Shown here piece after piece: positions 39,435-48,800 of a stretch of 64,000 bases of DNA. The DNA is taken from the sequence record NC_070956.1. One strand, written 5' to 3'. A program made the position numbers and the translations under genes. Position 1 is the stretch's first letter; each line of letters begins with the position of its first letter. The notes under the pieces are model-generated. The model was not told where the DNA came from. It ran no database searches and worked only from the letters and a program-made list of their open reading frames with translations.

Positions 39435-39546
39435 AATACATGTAGTATTTATAATTAACTTTATTCGTTATGTTTTGCCTGGAAGTTTAATCAGGTATCG
39501 CTGTCTAGAACAGTCTAGACGGGAACAATCAAAGAGGAAATACTCT

Positions 39547-42513
39547 ATGAAGAAGTCATATCTCGCCATTCTGGTTTGGGCCGCTGTATCGGTTGCACCC
39601 TTCAACGTTACAGCGGCGAACATGAACGTCGACCAAGAAGGAACTTGGAGCCCCAATTGGAAGGATAAAAATGAAGGTGGTTACAACAACGGGACCCGCA
39701 ACCCGTATTGTAAAGATAACGAAAATGCAGGAAGCTGGGGTGCTGATGGTTGTACTCAGAACCACAAGAACGACGAGTATGTTCAATGGGGCGAAATGCG
39801 CGGGGTCGTTGCCGACATCCAAACCCTTAACACCTGGACCACCTGGAACAACGAACACGTCAAAGCTGCCGAAAAAGACATTGCGGTCATCAACGGTAAA
39901 ATCGAAAAGTTCGAATATGTTGGGACGCAAATTGCTGCTAATGTTGACGTGATCGTTGACAAAGGCAACAGTGTTATCGAAGGTGCTAAAACTAGCATCA
40001 ATAACAGCATCGACAACAAAATCGAAATCGCCAAGGGTGAAGTTTCCACCCAAATCGATAACTCTGTCACCAACATTGTTAACGGTGGGAACACCGAAAT
40101 CAATGCAAAGTGGGAGGGCGCGAAAGCCACTGCTAACGATTTTGATGAGCGTATCACTCTCAACAAAAATCGCATTGACGATCAGCAAGGCCGTATCGGC
40201 AAAGTGGAAGACGTGGCCGCTCAGAACGGTAAGGATATCAAGGTACTCAACAAAGAAGTTAAGCGTCTCGACGACGTGAAAGCTGATAAGGTTGACCTCG
40301 ATAACCTGGCTGGTCGTGTTGATGTGGTTGAGGGCGATGTTGCAGTCATCAACGGTAAAATCAACCGCGTTGAAAATGCAGGTGCTGTTGTCGCCGGTAA
40401 TGTTGATGTGATCGTCGGTAAAGCTGGCGATGTGATCGATAATCGCGTTGATGCTCGCATCGATGCTAAAGTTGACAACGCCAAGACCACCATCATCAAC
40501 AATAAGGATGGTATCAAAGCCAACGTTGACCTGGCGTACCAAGGTGCCAAAACCGATATCACCAATAACGTTTTGAATGAAATCAAAACTGGTGATAACC
40601 AACTGGTTGTGGATATCAAGAACGACGTGAAGAACGAGATCGATAACAGCATCACCAATGCTGGTAAAGATTTCACCGCACGTATCGATTCCGAAGTTGT
40701 TCGTGGTGAAACTGCTTACAATGAACTCAATGCGCGCATCGATGCAATCGGTAGCGGTGCAGAAGGTTCCCTGGGTGATCGCATTACCAACATTGAAGGC
40801 AAGATCAATAAAGCCGAAGATGCGGGTCGTGTAATCGCTGGTAAGCGCGATGCAGTAGTCTCCGGTGTCAATACCGCCAAAGATGTCGCCAATGACTTTG
40901 ATGCACGTATCAAGGCCAACGCAGGTGAGATCGTTCGTCTCGACAATCAAAAGGCTGATAAAGCAGATCTCGATGCCGCCATTCAAAGTGGTAAAGATGA
41001 AGCTGCAAACATCAACGCTTCTATTGGTGGTCTGGGTGATCGTGTAACTAACGTTGAGGGTGACGTAACAACCATCAAGCAGGATGTTACTAACATCCAA
41101 GGTGATATCACAAGTATCCAAGGTGATGTTGCAAACATCAACGGCAAGATCTCTTACGTAGAAAACAACAGCCAGGAAATCATCAATAAAGCCGGTGCTG
41201 CTGTTGACGCGAAGATCGATGTTGCTTACGAAGGTGCCAAGACTGAAGTGACCAATCTGTACGACAACGCTCGTACCGAAATCACTAACGAAATTGACAA
41301 CGCCGTAAACGTTGCTGTGGAAGGTGCTCGTACTGAAGTCAACAACAAGTATGAAACCATCAAGAACGAAGTCGTTAATGGTGATAACAACACCTACAAC
41401 TCCATCAAAGCTGACATCAGCAAAGATGTGAAGAACGAAATCGTGAACAACATTACTGAAGGTAACAACACCGTTGTAAACGAAATCAAAGATGGTCTGG
41501 TTGAAGAAATCCGCGAAGAAGGTAAAACTGTCGTAGTGGATCTCCAAGACCAAATCGATGCAGCTAATGCACGTATCGATGTACAGACCGGTCGCGGTGA
41601 GCAAGCGTGGGCTTCCTATCAGGAAGATCGTACACATGCCACCCAGCAGTATACCCAGGATCGTCAAGTTGCCGTAACCACTTACAACAACGCTCGCGTT
41701 GAAGCTGAAAGTGCTTATGTTACTATGGATGATAAGAAAGCCGACAAGTCCGATCTGGATGTATTGAATGACAAAATCGATGGTATCGCTGCCAACGGTA
41801 AAACCGACGAAGAAATCAAGGCTATCGCAGACCAAGCTGCTGCTGACGCTGTAAACAATGCCAAGAAAGAAGTCGTCGTGGCTGTTAAAGACAAAGCTCC
41901 TGTAGCTAACGAAGCTGTAACCGCTGCTAAGACCGAAGCTAAGAAGCAGGTACAAGCTAGCATTGATGCGTCCATCTCCAAAGCGAAAGCCGCCGCTAAA
42001 GACCAAGCTGGTCAGGCTGTTGCTGCTGCTAAAGAGAAAGCACGTGCCGAGCTGGCCGCTGCTATGCCGGAGCTGAAAGGTAAAGCAGAAGTTGTTCGTA
42101 CCGAAGCTGTTGAAACCCGCAAGCGTGCCGACCTGGCCCTGAAAGCCACCCAGGACAACCACACTGCAATTCAACAAGAGCGTGCTGATCGTATCCAAGG
42201 TCAGCGTGAGACTCTGCAATCTGCCAACAACTACACTGATCAGAAAGTTGAACAACTGCGTGGTGAAGTCGAGCATAACCGTCGTAAGGCCGCCGCTGGT
42301 ATCGCTGGCGTAGCTGCAATGACCAACATCCCGACTATCTCCCAAGGTAAGAACTTCGCGATTGGCGCTGGTATGGGTTACTATGATGGCGAGCAATCCC
42401 TGGCTATCGGTTCCCAAGGTCGTTTCAACGAGAACCTCACTGGTAAAGCAACTATCTCCACCGACTTCCACGGTAACACTGTAATTGGTGCTGGCGTAGG
42501 TTTCGAGTGGTAA
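39547..42513 (+). CDS. YadA-type trimeric autotransporter adhesin
   Basis: GAGGA RBS; signal peptide MKKSYLAILVWAAVSVAPFNVTAA; long coiled-coil stalk with N@d heptads and three KADKxDL motifs; ANNYTD; anchor AGIAGVAAMTNIP...GYYDGEQSLAIG...IGAGVGFEW. Confidence 0.9.
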   Translation: MKKSYLAILVWAAVSVAPFNVTAANMNVDQEGTWSPNWKDKNEGGYNNGTRNPYCKDNENAGSWGADGCTQNHKNDEYVQWGEMRGVVADIQTLNTWTTWNNEHVKAAEKDIAVINGKIEKFEYVGTQIAANVDVIVDKGNSVIEGAKTSINNSIDNKIEIAKGEVSTQIDNSVTNIVNGGNTEINAKWEGAKATANDFDERITLNKNRIDDQQGRIGKVEDVAAQNGKDIKVLNKEVKRLDDVKADKVDLDNLAGRVDVVEGDVAVINGKINRVENAGAVVAGNVDVIVGKAGDVIDNRVDARIDAKVDNAKTTIINNKDGIKANVDLAYQGAKTDITNNVLNEIKTGDNQLVVDIKNDVKNEIDNSITNAGKDFTARIDSEVVRGETAYNELNARIDAIGSGAEGSLGDRITNIEGKINKAEDAGRVIAGKRDAVVSGVNTAKDVANDFDARIKANAGEIVRLDNQKADKADLDAAIQSGKDEAANINASIGGLGDRVTNVEGDVTTIKQDVTNIQGDITSIQGDVANINGKISYVENNSQEIINKAGAAVDAKIDVAYEGAKTEVTNLYDNARTEITNEIDNAVNVAVEGARTEVNNKYETIKNEVVNGDNNTYNSIKADISKDVKNEIVNNITEGNNTVVNEIKDGLVEEIREEGKTVVVDLQDQIDAANARIDVQTGRGEQAWASYQEDRTHATQQYTQDRQVAVTTYNNARVEAESAYVTMDDKKADKSDLDVLNDKIDGIAANGKTDEEIKAIADQAAADAVNNAKKEVVVAVKDKAPVANEAVTAAKTEAKKQVQASIDASISKAKAAAKDQAGQAVAAAKEKARAELAAAMPELKGKAEVVRTEAVETRKRADLALKATQDNHTAIQQERADRIQGQRETLQSANNYTDQKVEQLRGEVEHNRRKAAAGIAGVAAMTNIPTISQGKNFAIGAGMGYYDGEQSLAIGSQGRFNENLTGKATISTDFHGNTVIGAGVGFEW

Positions 42514-42528
42514 TTTAATAAAGTGATA

Positions 42529-42562
42529 AACTCCTACCTCCCTTAACGGGGAGGTAGGAGTT
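42529..42562. terminator. Bidirectional terminator
   Basis: AACTCCTACCTCCC-TTAACG-GGGAGGTAGGAGTT between convergent genes. Confidence 0.85.
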
Positions 42563-42580
42563 CTTTATATCACTTTTTTG

Positions 42581-45500
42581 TTACTTGACCATTTTGATCG
42601 GAACAGTTACACGCCAATCCTTGGTTCTGAGAGCTGTTTCTTGATCAGTGAATGTGAACGACACGTCTCCTGTACCAGCCTCACCTGTGGATGTGACTGT
42701 CATGGTTGTGTACCCGGAAGGATCCGGTTCACCAGTGATCTGTCCGACACTCTGGAAGAATCGATCATTCTTGACGACATCCTTAGTGATGTTACCCTTC
42801 ATAACCTTGAACTGACCACCCCACCTGTCTTGTCTCAGTACAAACTTAACTGTCGATGTCGCGTTATTAACCGCAGTGCCTTCAGTCACACTAAGAACAT
42901 CAACAGGTTGTTCCGGACAAACGTAAGTTCCCTCACATCTGACATTGAATTGCCGCTTAGCAATGGTCACCACCAATTCAGGCCAGAACTCGCCACCGAG
43001 ATGACTAGTGCTGACAGAGAGGTAGTACACACCAGGGTCTAATGCTGGATCGTGGATGAGCATGTTGGAATAACCGTGGAGTACAGGTAATCCAGGATCT
43101 TTGTTCTTCATACTCAATGTGAAGAAGGTTGCACCTTGGAGAGGTTCCCCGTCCACTTCAATGCGACACTTGATCCGCTGCATCTTGATCGGAACGATAC
43201 CTTCACTGTCAGGATAAAGTACCAGATCTGTGATAGGAGGTCGAGCCATAGCAATGTTTCCGACAACACTGTGGGTGGTTACTTTACCATCTGGCGCGGT
43301 ATAAGTTGCGTGGATAGTAAACGGTATATCATCAGTACTGAAGTACGCATCCCTATTGGTAAAGAACAAGAGACCATTTGCATCAGTCCCTCGACTTTCC
43401 ATGGCGGTTTGGTTAACAACTCCTTCCCAAGACTTGTCAAACGTAACTTCGATTTGGACTTTGGGGTCATCGATAGCAACAGGCTTATCGTCGTAAGAAA
43501 GTGACATGGGCATACTTTCTACTTCGAACGGTTGCCAGTTCAACAGCGCTTGGTGATTGATAAGAATATTCTCATCGGCTTTCACTGTTGAGTTTATCGT
43601 TACCTTGGCGACCTGGGCTTCTGTAGGCGTTGCAATATCGTTTCTTGTAAACGCCACTACGTTCTTGTGGGATCCAGGCGAGATCATCTTCCAAGGAAGG
43701 TCAAGACTCTTCCCAGTCACCTTTTCAGGAATACCAATCTGTAAACCACCGGTGGTTGTGGTGAAGGCAGGAACTGTTTTGTGGTTATCCGTGAAACGAG
43801 TTTCATCATTCCACAATGCAAATGACACCACACCCTTATCGTCACGTTTACCGTCAAGAGAGAACTGATTAGGTATCGCCAGGAAGTCAGGGCCGTCGTA
43901 CGGTTTGAGAGTGAACTTCTTGGTATACGAGAAACGACGCCAGCCGTTATCAACACCAATAGCCATGTCAAACTTTACATCTACTACCTTTTCCTCGGTT
44001 ACTTTCTTGATGTAGAGCCACGCCGTTTTATCCCAAGTATAAGGATCGATATGTTTCACAACTTCTCTACCAGGCGTGGTAACAAAGTCGATCAATACAT
44101 CTCTGGTACGTTCTTCACCGTTCACCAGTACCTTAACTGGGAGTCCACCGCCATCATACCGATTCGCTACGATATTCTCACCCGATAAAGGAACAACCGA
44201 GATAACGGAATCTTTGACGATGTTGGGATAGACGTAAAGCTGGTCCCACCAAATCGTTCCCAAGGGAGAGATATAATGACTCTTGAATCCAACTGTGTCG
44301 GTTACCATCACCCCGGGTTGACCGGAGTCCCTGATGACTTCGTAATACAACCGATTGGGTTCTGCACGAGTTAACTGGATGAGCTTCTTGGGCCCCAATT
44401 CTTCCCCTACCGGGAAATCCATATCTTCAGTGGGAATGTTCTTTCCACCAATTGCAGCGATATAGTTGGTGTAAAGTGTCTCTCCTTTCTTACCCGTCAA
44501 ACCGTTAGGATCCAACTTAACTTGGGTGAGTCTTCCGTAACCAGGAATAGCCTTGGTGATCTCCAAATCAATGAAACACTTGGCGGTGTGTACTTCGGTA
44601 AGAACTGTATGTCGGAACGTACCTATCAGCAGGTCCAGCAACACACCATCTGTGACGGCATTGGTGATCGGTCCTGCATAGAGTACGCCACCTTTATACT
44701 CACCTTTAGAACGGACACTTATTCCGTGAAGCATGGAAGTCATGAATTCAGGGACTGTGGCAAGTTTGATAGGAGCGCCTTTAAACTTCGCCTTGACCAC
44801 GATGCCCAGCTCGGCACCAGTCGGTGCGTTAATAAGCAACGGATATCCGTAAAGTGTTAAGTCGGAAGGGGTGTCTTTCTGGATTTTTACGGTCATCTTT
44901 GCGGTGGTGTCATAGTCGAAGCCACCAGAGCTATGGATCATGTTCACCTGGATTTCTTCAATGAAATCTTCAGTAGTTGATCCACGGAATGCCTTGATCA
45001 CCATTTCCAGTTTGTTATCAGTGCGCTCGATGATCAATCGGTTAGACGGACTAAATGTCATGTCTACAAGAGTGGTAACGTCCACGTCACCAATGGTGAG
45101 TTTGAGGTTATGTCGGACCTCTTGTCCACGCTGGATGTTGACGTTCTTGGGGATGTTGTGTTGTATGTCATTTAGACCCAACTCTTCCCGGATTAGCTCA
45201 CTTACGTAGATGATGACATTCTCGCTCCCGATCGCTTCGTCTGTTACCTTTACAGTTCCAGAAGTAAACGTGTTGGGATCGATGTCAGTGGCGTTCTTTC
45301 TCGATAACTCCATCGATTTAAAGAAGATATCTCCAAAGAGATCATTAATCGCTTGGAGATCATTCAGTTGGCGATTGGGTAAACACACCCCGATTGAATT
45401 GCGCCAGGCCAAGAACAGCACTTTACCCTGGACGGTACCGCGTTTAAAACCTTCAATGAAATCTTCGAAGGTCATAACCACTTCTACCGCGACACCAAAG

Positions 45501-45790
45501 TCCGTGAGAACGTCTCTGAGCGATACTTGTTCCAGCTCCAGGTCAACCCTCGCAAAGTTACGAGAACGTCGTGTAAGGCACACACGTTTGACATTATCAG
45601 GTCCTGTATGGACTCGTTCAATGATAAAGTCTTCCGCTTTCATTCCACTGTAACGAACATCGGCAAGTTGACGATCAACTATGTCACCCTGTTCTGTTAC
45701 GAGTTCATGTCGTTTCCGGAGGAAACGTTTAACAGGTGAATACAATGGGTCTTTTACCCATCGTGGAAACACCTTGCTTTCTTCTGCCAT
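42581..45790 (-). CDS. Large beta-rich putative virion protein (~1069 aa), shared N-terminal domain family
   Basis: Start refined to MAEESK after AAGGGG; WVKDPLYSPVKRFLRKR...RYSGMKAEDFIIE...SRNFARVDLELE. Confidence 0.65.
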   Translation of the reverse strand: MAEESKVFPRWVKDPLYSPVKRFLRKRHELVTEQGDIVDRQLADVRYSGMKAEDFIIERVHTGPDNVKRVCLTRRSRNFARVDLELEQVSLRDVLTDFGVAVEVVMTFEDFIEGFKRGTVQGKVLFLAWRNSIGVCLPNRQLNDLQAINDLFGDIFFKSMELSRKNATDIDPNTFTSGTVKVTDEAIGSENVIIYVSELIREELGLNDIQHNIPKNVNIQRGQEVRHNLKLTIGDVDVTTLVDMTFSPSNRLIIERTDNKLEMVIKAFRGSTTEDFIEEIQVNMIHSSGGFDYDTTAKMTVKIQKDTPSDLTLYGYPLLINAPTGAELGIVVKAKFKGAPIKLATVPEFMTSMLHGISVRSKGEYKGGVLYAGPITNAVTDGVLLDLLIGTFRHTVLTEVHTAKCFIDLEITKAIPGYGRLTQVKLDPNGLTGKKGETLYTNYIAAIGGKNIPTEDMDFPVGEELGPKKLIQLTRAEPNRLYYEVIRDSGQPGVMVTDTVGFKSHYISPLGTIWWDQLYVYPNIVKDSVISVVPLSGENIVANRYDGGGLPVKVLVNGEERTRDVLIDFVTTPGREVVKHIDPYTWDKTAWLYIKKVTEEKVVDVKFDMAIGVDNGWRRFSYTKKFTLKPYDGPDFLAIPNQFSLDGKRDDKGVVSFALWNDETRFTDNHKTVPAFTTTTGGLQIGIPEKVTGKSLDLPWKMISPGSHKNVVAFTRNDIATPTEAQVAKVTINSTVKADENILINHQALLNWQPFEVESMPMSLSYDDKPVAIDDPKVQIEVTFDKSWEGVVNQTAMESRGTDANGLLFFTNRDAYFSTDDIPFTIHATYTAPDGKVTTHSVVGNIAMARPPITDLVLYPDSEGIVPIKMQRIKCRIEVDGEPLQGATFFTLSMKNKDPGLPVLHGYSNMLIHDPALDPGVYYLSVSTSHLGGEFWPELVVTIAKRQFNVRCEGTYVCPEQPVDVLSVTEGTAVNNATSTVKFVLRQDRWGGQFKVMKGNITKDVVKNDRFFQSVGQITGEPDPSGYTTMTVTSTGEAGTGDVSFTFTDQETALRTKDWRVTVPIKMVK

Positions 45791-45811
45791 AACTATACCC
45801 CTTATTGTCGT

Positions 45812-45820
45812 CATAGCATT
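45812..45820 (-). promoter_or_regulatory. Putative late promoter (TATG-type)
   Basis: Minus strand AATGCTATG with upstream T-rich tract. Confidence 0.4.
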
Positions 45821-45838
45821 TGAGAATAAACAAAATAA

Positions 45839-45868
45839 AGAGAACCCTACCGAAAGGTAGGGTTCTCT
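45839..45868 (-). terminator. Rho-independent terminator
   Basis: AGAGAACCCTACC-GAAA-GGTAGGGTTCTCT; T-run on the minus strand. Confidence 0.8.
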
Positions 45869-45881
45869 AATGACTTATTGT

Positions 45882-48800
45882 TTACTTGTTATGGATACCA
45901 CCACCGAACGCACGGTTATCCAGTGCACGGTTCACAACAGCATCCAAGGTTTCGTTGTTCGGGTACTTGTAAGTACCAGTCAACTGGAAGTCCGAAGGTG
46001 TCGCATTCGGACCCGCACCAGGGAATGTCGCTGTCAAGATACCGGTTGCAGGATCGTAAGTTTCGTTGGCTACGCCAGCACCATCGGTACGACCTGGGGT
46101 GTACACGCGAGTAACTGTCGGGCCCAACTTAACAGACGGACTGAACGAACCATCGGCTTCTTTACACATCATGGAGAAGTTGACATTACCACCACCCCAA
46201 GAGATGTCATACAACTCAACGTTACGCGCACCCTTCACAGGGATTGACGTTGCTGAGAAGCTGATAGTGAACGGAACGTACACTTCTGCGTTCTCCGCAT
46301 TACCGTCTACCTTGATCCAGCCATTACCGTTGTAGTTGGTACCGGCGGCGTCAGGAGCTGCAACAGCGTAGGTTGTTACATACGCACTCTCATTGTTCAG
46401 GTGTTCACAAACGTAACGATTAGTGCCAGGAATGAGACCTGTCATGTTACCGAATACGTAAGTGGCTTGTCTCGGCATGACCGAGTTAGCACCCGGAACC
46501 AGGTTGTGAGACATTTTCAGGTTGTTACCAATCCAGGTGTAACCTGTGGTGTTTGCGCTGTAGTACCAAGCGCGACGAGAACCAGAAATCTGGGTCTTGG
46601 CCGCTGCTTCGGTTGCCACCATTGCAGTACAACCAACGAGCATGCTCAGGTCAACAGGAATCGGTTCGATGTCGAACTGAACTGTGAGAACACCAGTTGC
46701 TGGGTCATAAGCACTGCTCTTCACATCCAGGGAACCACCCTTAGAACCTTGTGCTGAATCCAGTTTGGTCACGGTAGCTTCAGTCGGAAGATCGTTAGTG
46801 TTATTCTTCAGCGTGTACTTCATTGTGGCCACGTCATCCTTAACGGAAACAGAATCCAGCGTTGAGACGTACGGTCCTTTAGGGAGGACATTGGTGTAAT
46901 CCAGAACCCAAGGAAGTCTTACCTCCAAGTTATCCGGTTGTTTGAGAGCCAGGTAACCATTACCAGTGTAATGGGTGTCCTGTGTTGTGCTCGGAGCAGC
47001 TACGTTGTAGTCGATGATCCAAGATACTTCACCCTTGTTGTGGATGGTACCAACCGCACCTGTTGTCGCAGACGGATTAACTGCCAGTGCCACGAACGCA
47101 CCGTCACCTTGGAAGTTGTAACCGCCGTTAAGCGTCACATAGTAGTTGCGCTGCAAGCGACCATTCTTCCATTCGATGCCAAGGTCACGCATATCGAAGA
47201 CGTTCTGTACGAAGTCGACTTTATACTTAGCGATCTGGCCATCATTGGTAGTGATCTCCATATCTGCTTCGAACTTATCGGCCCAAGAACCAGTGAGGAT
47301 CTTGGTCTTCGCAGACCAACTCAGAACACCAGTCGCAGGGTCGTAGGACTGGGTGAGTTGGTTAGAAACGTTATCGAGGAAACCTTTGACCGGAGTGAAC
47401 TTGGTGATACGGGCACTTGTCGGAATCGTTCCGGTCAGATCCATTTTCAGGTTCTGAGAGAACAAATCAACTTGGTGGTACTGACTAACAGGACCGGCGG
47501 AAGGAACGATCGGTTCGCTATAGTCTACAGTGAACGGAATGATCACCTTAACCTTGTTGCCTTTATCGACGGAGTAGTTACCGGTACCCGTTGTCTTGTA
47601 CGGACGAATGTCAGTACGACGCGGGAGATTCAGTTTCCACACCTTGTCACCAGTAGTGTGTTCCAGCAAGCGAGCGGTACCAGCATTGTTGGTGTATTCG
47701 ACACCACTCAGAACCAAGTTGTCGATAGCCACAGTACCTGCGGTCACTTCATGATCCAGGACCAGAGCGTTAGCACCCAGCGTTGCGTTCACACTCTTAA
47801 CGAGATGTTCCACATGCTGGTAGGTCACGTGAGGTTTGAAGGTACTACCGTCTTCGTTACCAGAGTCAATGGTACCCTCGAGGATAACTTCAACTGGTGT
47901 TGCACCGCTAGGAGCGTCACAGTCATAAGTCACCACAAAGAGACCAGTTGTCTTGTCATAGACAGGAGGTTTGGTCGAAGAGATGGTCGCGCCAGTTGCC
48001 ACAGGTTCACCGACAAACTTAACATCAGGCGGGAATGCACCGTCGTTATTGGCAAACTTGTAGGTCTCTACCAGTTCATTGTTAGTGATAACAGTACTGA
48101 CCTTGGTAGGAGTGTAAATAACCGGAGCGGGAGGTACCACAGCCTTGGTAACTTCCATCTTACTATCCAACGCCGGTTTGGTGATGTTATCGCCATAAGC
48201 CGGGAAGTTCACACGACTGTTGAAGGTCGCCTGACCACCGTTCTTAGCGAACGCATCAGTCATCTCGAACACAAATGTCAAGATACCAGTTACTGGATCG
48301 TAGCTTTCACTCTTAGGTGTCTTGGTTCCGTTCAGGGTATTCAGAACGTAGTCGAACGGCTTATTGGTATAAGCTGTGCCTTTCGGAACACCGCCTTGGG
48401 CAAAAGCGTTGTTAACTGTCACTGTCAACAGGTTGCCTTCCAACTCCATGTCTTTCAGCCAGGTGTTAACGTAACCGTTGTTAGTCAAGAACTGCTTGAA
48501 GGTACAAGTCCACGGGAGTGCGTAGAACAACTTACCACCTGCGTTGGCCATGAACTTACCGCTGACCTTGTAGACAGTAACGTCATCAGTCTTCGGAGGA
48601 GTTGTCGGGACATAGCACAGATAGAAGATGTTCGGGGTAGCACTACCGGTCTTCTCGGTACGGATGGGTCCGGTTGATTCAGGATCAGCCGAAGTCACCA
48701 CGTGGTAGCCTTCAGTGATGTCTACATCACCGGCATTACGTTTCACCTTGTGGGTAACACGGAACGCCTTTTCGTAGTCCTGCCATCCAGCGTTGGTCTG

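Noticed and set aside
39556-42471. 971-aa minus-strand ORF
   Set aside because: Antisense shadow of the strongly codon-biased autotransporter gene; no recognisable motifs
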